DNA from: Rhodobacterales bacterium
Lineage (GTDB): Bacteria > Pseudomonadota > Alphaproteobacteria > Rhodobacterales > Rhodobacteraceae
Length of the DNA: 64,000 nucleotides
Direction: 5' to 3'
Assembly: GCA_038209095.1 (NCBI GenBank)
Contig: JBBQYB010000001.1
Span: 10,502 to 74,501 of the forward strand
The position numbers and the translations under genes were made by a program. Shown in pieces: positions 18,348-27,676 of the stretch; the first letter of the stretch is position 1; every line of letters begins with the position of its first letter. A model generated the notes under the pieces. That model had not been told where the DNA came from, did not search any database, and saw only the letters and a list, made by a program, of their open reading frames with translations.

Positions 18348-19919
18348 TCAGCTTTTCTGGAACATGGCGAGCATCCGTCGCGTGACGAGAAAACCACCAA
18401 AGATGTTGACCGACGCCATCAGGATCGACAACGCCGCCAGTATCATGACGATAGCGCTGGAGGAGCCCACCTGCAGCAGAGCGCCCAGGATCACGATGGA
18501 CGAGACTGCGTTGGTGATCGCCATCAGCGGCGTGTGCAAAGAATGCGCTACGTTCCAGATCACATAGTACCCGACGAAACAAGAGAGCACGAAGACGATG
18601 AAGTGCTGCATGAAACTCGCTGGTGCCACTGTCCCGATCAAAAGGAGCAGAATTGCCCCCGCCCCCAGGAGAATGGTCGTTCGATTGCCCGCCTTTTTCA
18701 GCTCAGTCGTTTCGCGCGCCGCCCTGGCCTGCGCGGTCTCCTCGATCACCTTCGGCTTGGGTTTCGCGGCGGCAATGGCCGCGACCTTGGGCGGCGGTGG
18801 CGGATAGGTGATCTCGCCGGCATTGGTGGCGATGGCACCCCTGATTACGTCGTCCTCCATGTTGATAAAGGGCACGCCATCTTTCTTTGGCGTCAGATCG
18901 TCCATCAAGTGACGAATGTTGGTTGAATAGAGCGTCGAGGACTGGGTCGCCATCCGGCTCGGAAAGTCGGTGTAACCCACGATCTTCACGCCGTTGGGGC
19001 TCTCGACGATCTGGTCCGGCACGGTCAGGTCGCAGTTGCCGCCCCGCTCGGCCGCGAGATCCACTACTACCGAGCCCGGCTTCATCGCGGCCACCATGTC
19101 GGCCGTCCAAAGCTTTGGTGCTGGGCGTCCGGGGATCAGAGCCGTAGTGATCACGATGTCGATCTCGGGCGCAAGCTCCAGGAACTTCGCGAGCTGCTTC
19201 TCGCGGAACTCGGGGCTGGACGGCGCAGCATACCCGCCAGTAGCCGCCCCGTCCTGCGCCTCCTCGAATTCGAGGTAGACAAATTCTGCGCCCATCGATT
19301 CGATCTGCTCGGCCACTTCCGGGCGCACGTCGAAGGCATAGGTAATCGCCCCGAGCGAAGTAGCCGTGCCGATGGCGGCCAGCCCCGCAACTCCCGCGCC
19401 CACCACGAGGACCTTCGCCGGCGGCACCTTGCCTGCCGCCGTGATTTGACCCGTGAAGAACCGCCCGAAGTTGTTGCTCGCCTCGATGACGGCGCGGTAA
19501 CCGGCAATATTGGCCATGGACGACAGAGCGTCCATCTTTTGGGCCCGGCTGATGCGCGGCACCATGTCCATGGCAATCGCATTCACGCCTTTGACCCGCA
19601 GTGTCTCCAACAACTCCGGGTTCTGCGCCGGCCAAAGGAAACTGATCAGCGTCTGCCCGCTCCGCGCATGCTCAATTTCGCCCAGTTCCGGTCCCCGGAC
19701 CTTGACGACAACATCCGCCTGCGCCCAGAGCTCTGCCGCGGACGGAACGACCGTGACACCCGCCTCGGTATAGGCCGCATCCGAGAACCGCGCTCCATCG
19801 CCCGCACCGCTCTCGACGATGCACTCGTACCCGAGCTTCCGAAGTGCCAGCGCCGATTGCGGTGTGAGAGCGACGCGTTTTTCGGCATCGAGGATCTCTT
19901 TGGGGGCACCAATCTTCAC
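18348..19919 (-). CDS. pntA: NAD(P) transhydrogenase alpha subunit
   Basis: GTG start (VKIGAPKE) behind AGGAG; RISRAQKMDALSSM, GAGVAGL, HTPLMAITNAVS; 523 aa. Confidence 0.96.
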   Translation of the reverse strand: MKIGAPKEILDAEKRVALTPQSALALRKLGYECIVESGAGDGARFSDAAYTEAGVTVVPSAAELWAQADVVVKVRGPELGEIEHARSGQTLISFLWPAQNPELLETLRVKGVNAIAMDMVPRISRAQKMDALSSMANIAGYRAVIEASNNFGRFFTGQITAAGKVPPAKVLVVGAGVAGLAAIGTATSLGAITYAFDVRPEVAEQIESMGAEFVYLEFEEAQDGAATGGYAAPSSPEFREKQLAKFLELAPEIDIVITTALIPGRPAPKLWTADMVAAMKPGSVVVDLAAERGGNCDLTVPDQIVESPNGVKIVGYTDFPSRMATQSSTLYSTNIRHLMDDLTPKKDGVPFINMEDDVIRGAIATNAGEITYPPPPPKVAAIAAAKPKPKVIEETAQARAARETTELKKAGNRTTILLGAGAILLLLIGTVAPASFMQHFIVFVLSCFVGYYVIWNVAHSLHTPLMAITNAVSSIVILGALLQVGSSSAIVMILAALSILMASVNIFGGFLVTRRMLAMFQKS

Positions 19920-20020
19920 AGGCTCTTGCTCCTTGTTTAGACTCAGGCCGGTGCCGTGCGGTCTTTCGACGGTGCCTTGCTCTCGGACCTTTGCGCTTTT
20001 AAGCACCGCCCCGTGCCGTG

Positions 20021-20953
20021 TCAATTTGGCCTGGGCGAAAGAAACGCCCGTTGCAGTGCCGGCATGAGCAAGATCGGAACCTGATACATCGCCACGAACA
20101 GCGTGAAATGCGGATCGTAAGGGAGTGCTGCAAGGTAAATGGCGATGGTGCGATTGCCGAACAGCACACCATAGGCCCCCGCCTCGGCAGCGGACCGCAC
20201 GCGCGCCACCGCCGCGCGCAGCCCGAGATTGACACCGACGTTCGCCGCGACCGCCACCGCGAGGGTCAGTAATGCCCGGCCCGGCTCGGCGAAAACGAGC
20301 TCCGGCACACCGTCGAAGATCGGCAGGACGAAGATCACGAGGGCGGTCATCGCCACTCCGTCGAAGACGCGGCTTTGCCGCGCGATACGCCCTGCTCCCA
20401 GCCCCCTGCGCAGGGCAAGGCCCAAAATCACCCCGCCTCCGATCATGGCTCCGAGCCGCGAGCTCAGGTCCAGTAGCGAGAGCGGTGCGGCGTCGCGAAG
20501 GAACGCGAAGATCGTCAGCGGCCCGAGCACTGGTGTCAGCACCATCGCCGCGACAGTGACCGCAAGCGCCCGCCGGCCATCGTATCCGAGCAGGAAACAC
20601 AGGTTGGCCGCCGAGGCGATCGGCGGGGCTGCCGCGAGGTAGACAAGCCCGGTGCGCATATCCGCATCGAGCCCGAGAGCCCACGCCACCCCGAGAAAAA
20701 CCGCCGCGCTGACCGGCATCATTGCGAGCGTCAGCGCCAGCAGCCGCGCTGCAGTCCGCGGCCGGAGCGCCGTCCGCGCGACGTCGATGATGTCAACCCG
20801 CGCCATCGCGAGACCAAGCACGAGAGGCACCAGCCAAGGCAGCGCGGGCCGTAGAAAGGTCGAAACGTCAGGTGAGGCGAAACACAGCACCAGACCGACC
20901 ACGAGGACCCATGGCCCCCGTTCGCCGATCCACGCCAGACATGCGATCAGCAA
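20021..20953 (-). CDS. Bile acid:sodium symporter (BASS/SBF)-like membrane protein
   Basis: About 9-10 hydrophobic segments; LAAAPPIASAANL and GNRT motifs resemble BASS transporters. Confidence 0.6.
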   Translation of the reverse strand: MLIACLAWIGERGPWVLVVGLVLCFASPDVSTFLRPALPWLVPLVLGLAMARVDIIDVARTALRPRTAARLLALTLAMMPVSAAVFLGVAWALGLDADMRTGLVYLAAAPPIASAANLCFLLGYDGRRALAVTVAAMVLTPVLGPLTIFAFLRDAAPLSLLDLSSRLGAMIGGGVILGLALRRGLGAGRIARQSRVFDGVAMTALVIFVLPIFDGVPELVFAEPGRALLTLAVAVAANVGVNLGLRAAVARVRSAAEAGAYGVLFGNRTIAIYLAALPYDPHFTLFVAMYQVPILLMPALQRAFLSPRPN

Positions 20954-22185
20954 AATCGGTCAGGCGCATAAAGGGCGAGATCGATGTTCGCACGCCGCTC
21001 GGCCGCCAGATCGGCTGCCAATCGCCCAACCCGCGCACCGATGGTCAGGCCCAGATGCTGACCGCCGAATGCACAGATCACGTCCGGTACGCCCGGAACG
21101 GGCCCGAGCACCGGCAGGCTGTCCGTCGTTGTCGGCCGGTGCCCCATCCAGCGCGTCTCGCTTGCCCATTCGATGCCCGGATAGGCCCGCCGGATGGCCC
21201 GTGCGATGAGACCGAACGGAGCCTGCGATGGGGTCGCCTCGGTGCCGCCGAACTCCACCAGCCCCGCCACCCGCAACCCATCCTGCATCGGCGTCATCAC
21301 CAGTGCGCGGTCAGATAGCATCATCGGATGCGGCGGTCTGCGCGTCGCACCGTGCAGCATCAGGTGATAGCCGCGCTCCGTTTCCAGCGGTACGCGGAGC
21401 CCAAGCCGCGCCGCGAGATCGCGCGACCACACGCCCGCGCAGAGCATCACCTTGTCCGCGCGCAGGACGCTCGCATCGCTGACCACCTCCACGGATTTCC
21501 CGGTCGGCCTTATGTCCCGCACATGCGCCCTGACCACCGCCCCGCCTGCGCCTTGAAATGCCGCCGCAAGCGCCGCGACATACGCACCCGAATCGCTGAT
21601 CCAGCCGTGATCGGCAAACACTGCCGCATGCCCATAATCCGGGCCCAATTCCGGATCGAGCGCGCGGGCCTCGCATTCTTGCCAAACGAGGCCCAGCCCG
21701 CGCTTGCGGGCGTAGCCTGCCGCCTCGTGCGCGAACGCCGCGCGGTCGCGAAACAGATAGGCATAGGAGCCAGCCGTGATGTACTGAGTCGCCGGCGTCC
21801 CCGCCGCCAGCGCCTGATGCGCCTCCAGCGTATCGCGCGTGAGCGCCCAGATAGCCGGCACGATCCGGTCGAGCCTCTCGGACGTGCCGTTTCGCAAAAA
21901 GGGCACTAGCCAGGGGAACAGCCTGGGCAAATACGAGAGCCTGAGGAACAGAGGTCCGTCGGGATCGAGCAGCATGCGCGGCGCGCGCCAGATCAGTCCA
22001 GGCTCCTGAACCGGCAGGATGGAACCCCGCGCCAGCAACCCTGCATTGCCAAAGGATGTCTGACCCGGATCCCCCGGATCCAGCCTGTCGATCAGCGTGA
22101 CGGCCCATCCGTCGCGGAGCAAATGCAGCGCGGTCGCCACGCCCGTAATGCCGGCTCCGACGACGATCGCTGTGGGGGAGACCAT
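20947..22185 (-). CDS. FAD-dependent D-amino-acid dehydrogenase (DadA-like)
   Basis: VVGAGITG, QTSFGNAG, ERGYH, WMGHRP, FGGQHLGLT. Confidence 0.85.
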   Translation of the reverse strand: MVSPTAIVVGAGITGVATALHLLRDGWAVTLIDRLDPGDPGQTSFGNAGLLARGSILPVQEPGLIWRAPRMLLDPDGPLFLRLSYLPRLFPWLVPFLRNGTSERLDRIVPAIWALTRDTLEAHQALAAGTPATQYITAGSYAYLFRDRAAFAHEAAGYARKRGLGLVWQECEARALDPELGPDYGHAAVFADHGWISDSGAYVAALAAAFQGAGGAVVRAHVRDIRPTGKSVEVVSDASVLRADKVMLCAGVWSRDLAARLGLRVPLETERGYHLMLHGATRRPPHPMMLSDRALVMTPMQDGLRVAGLVEFGGTEATPSQAPFGLIARAIRRAYPGIEWASETRWMGHRPTTTDSLPVLGPVPGVPDVICAFGGQHLGLTIGARVGRLAADLAAERRANIDLALYAPDRFC

Positions 22186-22245
22186 GACGCGGATCCTTTC
22201 CGCGCCACGATTAGAGGCCCGCAGGCTCGCCGGAAAGCCCCGATC

Positions 22246-22845
22246 TCAGCCGTGAAGCCGGATCGCGATCTCCGCCACACGCTCGCCCTGGAACGTAGCC
22301 CCTTCCAGCTCCTGCTCGGAAGGCCAGCGCGACCCGTCTCCGTCGGTGATCGCCGTCATGCCGTAAGGCGATCCGCCGCGGATCTTGTCGACGCCGTTCT
22401 GGCCGGCATAGGCATAGCTCAGCGGCACGATGATCATGCCGTGGTGCTGGAGCGTGATCTGGGTGTTGATGATCGTCGTCTCCTGCCCGCCGTGCTGGGT
22501 CGCGGTCGAGACCATCACCGAGCCCACCTTGTCGATCAGCGCGCCCTTGGCCCAGAGCCCACCGGTCTGGTCGAGAAAGTTTTTCATCTGGGCTGCCATG
22601 TTGCCGAACCGCGTGGGCGTGCCGATGATGATGGCGTCATAATCCGCCAACTCCGCCGGATCGGCGATCGGTGCGGCCTGCTCAGTCTTGTAGTGCTGAG
22701 CCTGCGCCACGGTCTCGGGCACGAGCTCGGGCACCCGCTTGACGATTGCCTCCGCCCCAGCGGCCTTCGCACCCTCGCAGGCCGCATTTGCCATGGCCTC
22801 CATGTGGCCCCAGCTGGAATAGTAGAGAACGAGCACTTTTGTCAT
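22246..22845 (-). CDS. wrbA: NAD(P)H:quinone oxidoreductase WrbA
   Basis: [38 protein letters not shown]. Confidence 0.95.
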   Translation of the reverse strand: MTKVLVLYYSSWGHMEAMANAACEGAKAAGAEAIVKRVPELVPETVAQAQHYKTEQAAPIADPAELADYDAIIIGTPTRFGNMAAQMKNFLDQTGGLWAKGALIDKVGSVMVSTATQHGGQETTIINTQITLQHHGMIIVPLSYAYAGQNGVDKIRGGSPYGMTAITDGDGSRWPSEQELEGATFQGERVAEIAIRLHG

Positions 22846-22938
22846 CGGCGTAGCCTTTCCGGTATGAACTTCGACCTTCAGCTAGGACGTTTTCCGACTT
22901 GGCTAAAGTACGTGCATCGTGAACAGATTGTATCCCGA

Positions 22939-23391
22939 TCAGGCCCGAGTGTCCTTGCTCGAGGCGAGCACCACGTAGGTTGTCAGCGAATTGACCTGCG
23001 GCAGCGCGCCCAGAACGTCGGTATGGAAAGCCTTGTAGGCAGCGAGATCAGCCACCTCCACACGGAGCAGGTACTCCACGTTTCCCGTCACGTTATGACA
23101 CTCGCTGACCTGAGGTGCCGCCGCCATGGCGCGTTCGAATGCCTCCTGTGCCGCCTTGGTGTGCGTCGACAGACCGACCGCAATGATGGCAAGAAAACCG
23201 CGGTTGAGGGCCGCCCTGTTCAGTTGCACACGGTAGCCCGCGATCACCCCGGACCGCTCCAACTCCTGCACGCGGCGCAGGGTGGCCGACGGAGACATTC
23301 CGATCCTGTCTGCAAGCTCGAGGTTGCTGATCCGTCCATCACGGCCCAACTCCTGCAATATACGTTCGTCTTGGGCGTCGATCTTCGTCAT
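22939..23391 (-). CDS. Lrp/AsnC family transcriptional regulator
   Basis: MTKIDAQDERILQELGRDGRISNLELADRIGMSPSATLRRV; ECHNVTG; divergent from lysE-like gene. Confidence 0.92.
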   Translation of the reverse strand: MTKIDAQDERILQELGRDGRISNLELADRIGMSPSATLRRVQELERSGVIAGYRVQLNRAALNRGFLAIIAVGLSTHTKAAQEAFERAMAAAPQVSECHNVTGNVEYLLRVEVADLAAYKAFHTDVLGALPQVNSLTTYVVLASSKDTRA

Positions 23392-23464
23392 AAATTGCAA
23401 AAATAGTCGATTCGCTCCGCCATTTGCAACAAATGATCGGAAAGTTTCGCATACGATCCTGGCT

Positions 23465-24058
23465 ATGACACCCGATCTCCTCGCTGCCCTTATGGTCTTC
23501 GCCTTCGCCATGTCGATCACGCCAGGGCCAAACAACCTCATGCTGATGGCCTCGGGTGCGAATTTCGGTTTGCGGCGCACCCTGCCGCATCTTGCCGGTG
23601 TCGGGTTCGGTGTGGTCGTGCTTATCTCTGCCATCGGCGCGGGCCTCAGCGGCATCCTGGCGCTTCATCCCCTGCTCCCGAAGGCTCTGGAGGCGGCAGG
23701 CGCGCTCTACATGCTCTGGCTCGCATGGCGGATCGCCCGAGCCGCGGCCCCGGAGCCCGGTGCGCCGCCTGGCCGACCGATGACCTTCATCCAGGCTCTG
23801 GCTTTCCAGTGGGTCAATCCCAAGGCCTGGGCCATGAGCCTTTCGGCCCTCACGCTCTATGCGCCCTCCAACACCTTCGGAGCGATCGCGCTCGTGGCGA
23901 TCGTCTTCGGTGCCGTCAACATGCCGTCGGTGGGGGTATGGGTCGTACTGGGTGTGCGCCTGCGGCGATGGCTCGGGGACCCCCGCCACTTGCGGGCCTT
24001 CAATGTCGGGATGGCGCTGCTGCTCGTGGCCTCCCTGATCCCGATCCTCATCGACTGA
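23465..24058 (+). CDS. LysE/RhtB family amino-acid exporter
   Basis: SITPGPNNLMLMASG, FQWVNPKAW; start at MTPDL (23465). Confidence 0.92.
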   Translation: MTPDLLAALMVFAFAMSITPGPNNLMLMASGANFGLRRTLPHLAGVGFGVVVLISAIGAGLSGILALHPLLPKALEAAGALYMLWLAWRIARAAAPEPGAPPGRPMTFIQALAFQWVNPKAWAMSLSALTLYAPSNTFGAIALVAIVFGAVNMPSVGVWVVLGVRLRRWLGDPRHLRAFNVGMALLLVASLIPILID

Positions 24059-24062
24059 GGCC

Positions 24063-24950
24063 TCAGCGTGCCGAACGTGTGGCGGTTGCAACCCCGCTCA
24101 GCGCGATCAGACCCATCCCAGCCAGGGCTGTCCCATCCGGAAGGTGCCCGAAAAAAACCCAACCCAGACCGCCTGCAAGGACGAGATGCAAATAATTGAT
24201 TGGGACCAGAAAGGACGCCGGTGCCTCGCGAAAGGCCGAAGTGAACAGGAAATGACCCATTGTCATCAGCGCGCCTACACCGAGGAATAGGGCCGCGTCG
24301 AACGCTCTTAGTGCCGGGATCGGTTCCGACCAGGGTGCCAAGAGCGCAAAGACAACCGTACCCACCAGTGCCGTGTAAACCGTCAGCGCCACCGTCGTCT
24401 CGGTGCGGACGAGTGCCCGCGAGAGAATGTGGTAGATTACCGACACCACGGCTCCCGCGAGCGACAGCATCACACCAACAACCGGCAAGCCACCTCCGGG
24501 CCGGGCGATCATCATCACTCCGACGAGACACATCGCCGCGCCAGCCCACCCCATCGGTTGTACCTTTTCCCCGAGCAGCGGCCCGGCGAGTACCATCACG
24601 CCGACAGGTGCGAGATATAGGATCGAGATCGCCTCGCCCACTGGCAAGCGTTGAAACGCCAGGCCCATCAACAAGGAGACCGTCACGAGGCAGAGGGACC
24701 GGACGATGACGAGTGTCCGCCGCCGAATACCGAACAGCCCTCTCCGCTCGCGCGGATAAAACAGCGCCAGCAGGATGATGAGGTTGACGGCGTAGCGTAC
24801 CAAGCCAACCAGCGCCACGTCGAAGGTCCGCACCAGGTGCTGGGTAGCCACGTCTGCGAGGGCGAACATCAGGACTGCAGAGGCAATGAGCGCCATCCCT
24901 TTTGACGGATTTCCCTCGCCGGATTTGTTAGCACCCACGATGCCCTGCAC
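24063..24950 (-). CDS. DMT/EamA family transporter
   Basis: Ten TM segments, duplicated EamA pattern (LPVGEAISILYLAP, LLGEKV); start uncertain (24950 or 24896). Confidence 0.88.
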   Translation of the reverse strand: MQGIVGANKSGEGNPSKGMALIASAVLMFALADVATQHLVRTFDVALVGLVRYAVNLIILLALFYPRERRGLFGIRRRTLVIVRSLCLVTVSLLMGLAFQRLPVGEAISILYLAPVGVMVLAGPLLGEKVQPMGWAGAAMCLVGVMMIARPGGGLPVVGVMLSLAGAVVSVIYHILSRALVRTETTVALTVYTALVGTVVFALLAPWSEPIPALRAFDAALFLGVGALMTMGHFLFTSAFREAPASFLVPINYLHLVLAGGLGWVFFGHLPDGTALAGMGLIALSGVATATRSAR

Positions 24951-25044
24951 TGCCCCGTAGTCTGTTCGCTGTCACACGCCTTGGATTGGTCACCAGTGCC
25001 CCGTTCACCGGTGCAGTGACGATGAGACATCCGTCTGGAACCCC

Positions 25045-25410
25045 TTAACTTCCGCGGTAGGTGGCATAGCCGTAAGGACTCAGCAGCAGAGGCACATGAT
25101 AATGCGCCTCAGGATCCGACATGCCGAAGCGAATCGGAACCTCGTCGAGAAACATTGGCTCCTCAACCGCAAGCCCCGCCGCCCGCAAATAGTCTCCGGC
25201 CAGGAAGACCAGCTCGTAGACACCCGGCAGGAAGTCCTCTGCGCTGAGGATCGGCGCATCGGTCCTTCCGTCGTGGTTCGTAAGCACCTCCGCGACTCTG
25301 TCTCGCCGACTGTCCGTCAAGCGAAAGAGCCGGATCACAATGCCTGCGGCGGGGCATCCACGCGCCGTATCGAGCACATGTGTCGTAAGATAGCCACCGG
25401 TCTCGCGCAT
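25045..25410 (-). CDS. uraH: 5-hydroxyisourate hydrolase
   Basis: LTTHVLDTARG, TNHDGRTD, HYHVPLLLSPYGYATYRGS signature. Confidence 0.96.
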   Translation of the reverse strand: MRETGGYLTTHVLDTARGCPAAGIVIRLFRLTDSRRDRVAEVLTNHDGRTDAPILSAEDFLPGVYELVFLAGDYLRAAGLAVEEPMFLDEVPIRFGMSDPEAHYHVPLLLSPYGYATYRGS

Positions 25411-25555
25411 CGCCCGCCTCCTCGCCGCCTGTTCCTATCACCCGCCAGGCCGCAGGCCGCCAGAGGCTAGACCACGTAATTTTCCGTCGATTTTGCCGGC
25501 CCCGACGGATTCCCTGGTTTACGTTGCCAGAATTTGAAGAAACAAAGATCGCACG

Positions 25556-26977
25556 ATGCACAGGTATCCACGGAACATGCACGGCTACGGCGGCCAGCCC
25601 CCAGCGGCGGGCTGGCCCGGCGGCGCGAGCATCGCCGTGCAGATCGTGGTGAATTACGAGGAGGGCGGCGAGAATTGTCTGCTCCACGGAGACGCCGCCT
25701 CAGAGGCGTTCCTGTCGGAGATCGTCGGAGCAGCACCCTGGACCGGCATGCGGCACTGGAACATGGAATCCATCTATGAATACGGCGCGCGTGCCGGGTT
25801 CTGGCGTCTTCACGACGTGTTCACGCGCCGCGGTATTCCGGTGACCGTCTACGGCGTCGCCTCCGCCCTGGCCCGCGCACCCGCTCAGGTCGAGGCAATG
25901 AAGGCCGCCGGCTGGGAGATTGCGAGCCACGGCCTGAGATGGATCGACTATCGCGACCACACTCGGGAGGCCGAGGCCGCAGACATGGCCGAGGCTATTC
26001 GCCTCCACACGGAAGTGGTCGGTCAGGCCCCCCGAGGCTGGTACACCGGGCGCACCTCCATGAATACGGTGGATCTCGCGACGGAAACAGGCGCGTTTGA
26101 CTATATCTCGGATGCCTACGACGACGATCTGCCCTATTGGCGCGACCACGCGGAGCGCAGCCAGTTGATCATCCCCTACACCCTCGACGCCAACGACATG
26201 CGGTTCGCGACACCCCAGGGGTTCAACACGGGCGAGCAATTCTACACCTACCTCACGGACACCTTCGACGTGCTCTATGCCGAGGGCGAGGCCGGCGCGC
26301 CCAAGATGATGTCCGTGGGCCTGCATTGCCGCCTCGCGGGTCGGCCGGGACGCACCGCGGCCTTGGCCCGGTTTCTCGACTACGCACAACGGCACGCCCG
26401 TGTCTGGTTCCCCACCCGGCTCGAGATCGCGGATCATTGGGCCGCCAATCATCCGCCGCCCGCGAAGATCGAGCGCCCATCCGCGATGCCGCGCGATGCC
26501 TTCGTGGAGCGGTTCGGCAGCGTCTACGAGCATTCGCCCTGGATTGCCGAACGTGCGCACGGGCTCGAACTGGGTCCGGCCCACGACACCCCGATCGGCG
26601 TGCACTCGGTACTTGCGCGTGCATTCCGCTCCGCCTCTCATGAGGAACGGCTCGACGTCCTGCGCGCCCACCCCGATCTCGCCGGCAAGCTTGCCGCGGC
26701 CAGGCGACTGACACCGGAGTCCGCCGCCGAACAGGCCGGAGCCGGCCTCGATGCCCTGAGCGATGCCGAACGCGTGCATTTCAGCGGACTGAACGACACC
26801 TATCAGTCCCGCTTCGGCTTTCCCTTCATCATCGCGGTGCGAGGTCTGTCCAAGGACGACATTCTCGCCGCCTTCGAGAGGCGTCTTTCGTACGATCGGG
26901 ACACGGAGCTTGCGGAGGCCTGTAAACAGGTCGAGCGCATTGCCCTGCTGCGGATCCGCGACATGCTGGAGCCCTGA
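25556..26977 (+). CDS. puuE: Allantoinase PuuE fused to C-terminal OHCU decarboxylase
   Basis: N-terminal NYEEGGE, YEYGARAGFWRL, MSVGLHCRL; C-terminal YEHSPW, HPDLAG, RFGFPFIIAVRG. Confidence 0.93.
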   Translation: MHRYPRNMHGYGGQPPAAGWPGGASIAVQIVVNYEEGGENCLLHGDAASEAFLSEIVGAAPWTGMRHWNMESIYEYGARAGFWRLHDVFTRRGIPVTVYGVASALARAPAQVEAMKAAGWEIASHGLRWIDYRDHTREAEAADMAEAIRLHTEVVGQAPRGWYTGRTSMNTVDLATETGAFDYISDAYDDDLPYWRDHAERSQLIIPYTLDANDMRFATPQGFNTGEQFYTYLTDTFDVLYAEGEAGAPKMMSVGLHCRLAGRPGRTAALARFLDYAQRHARVWFPTRLEIADHWAANHPPPAKIERPSAMPRDAFVERFGSVYEHSPWIAERAHGLELGPAHDTPIGVHSVLARAFRSASHEERLDVLRAHPDLAGKLAAARRLTPESAAEQAGAGLDALSDAERVHFSGLNDTYQSRFGFPFIIAVRGLSKDDILAAFERRLSYDRDTELAEACKQVERIALLRIRDMLEP

Positions 26978-26980
26978 GAC

Positions 26981-27676
26981 GTGCTGACGCTGACAATCGG
27001 CAACAAGAACTACTCGTCCTGGTCCTTGCGGCCTTGGATCGCGATGCGCATGGCCGGCGTTTCCTTCGAGGAGCGCCTCATCCCATTCCACGACCTCGCC
27101 GCTTGGGCCAGGTTCCGCACCGCCCATCCGAGCGGCCTTGTGCCGCTTCTCGAGGACGGTAACGCCGAGGTCTGGGACTCCCTCGCCATCGTCGAATACC
27201 TGGCCGAGACCCATCCTGCAATCTGGCCCGGGGATCGCACCGCCCGCGCCTTCGCCCGCAGCGCCGCGGCTGAGATGCACGCAGGCTTCACGGCTCTGCG
27301 GTCGACCTGCGGCATGAACTGCGGCGTGCGGGCGCGCATCCGTGACATGCCCGCTGCCGTCACCCGAGATCTGGCCCGCCTCTCGGCGCTCTGGAGCACC
27401 GGCATCGATCGCTTTAGCGGCCCGTTCCTCGCCGGCTCCCGCTTCACCGCCGCCGACGCCTTCTTCTGCCCGGTCGCGTTCCGGATCCAGACCTACGGCC
27501 TCGATCTGCCCGACCCGGCTGCGGCCGCCTACGTCGCCCGCCTGCTCGACGTGCCGGGCATGCGCGCATGGTATGACGCGGCCCTCGCCGAGACCTTCCG
27601 CGACCCGCCCCATGAGGCGGAGCTTGTCGATCTTGCCGTCCTGCTCCAGGATCTTCGAGCGCAGCCTTCCGAATGA
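26981..27676 (+). CDS. Glutathione S-transferase family protein
   Basis: IGNKNYSSWSLRPW, VPLLEDG, VWDSLAIVEYL, FTAADAFFCPVAFR. Confidence 0.9.
   Translation: MLTLTIGNKNYSSWSLRPWIAMRMAGVSFEERLIPFHDLAAWARFRTAHPSGLVPLLEDGNAEVWDSLAIVEYLAETHPAIWPGDRTARAFARSAAAEMHAGFTALRSTCGMNCGVRARIRDMPAAVTRDLARLSALWSTGIDRFSGPFLAGSRFTAADAFFCPVAFRIQTYGLDLPDPAAAAYVARLLDVPGMRAWYDAALAETFRDPPHEAELVDLAVLLQDLRAQPSE

Noticed and set aside
23392-23464. TTGCAA direct repeats between the Lrp and LysE genes as an operator
   Set aside because: Plausible for an Lrp-family site but too degenerate to call from sequence alone.
25700-27613. 637-aa antisense ORF, and similar long shadow ORFs (38427-40439, 35787-37436, 34733-36325, 10914-12116, 51288-52613, 59345-60751)
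   Set aside because: They lie opposite or out of frame with well-supported genes and are Arg/Gly/Ala-rich with no motifs, as expected from stop-codon scarcity in high-GC DNA.
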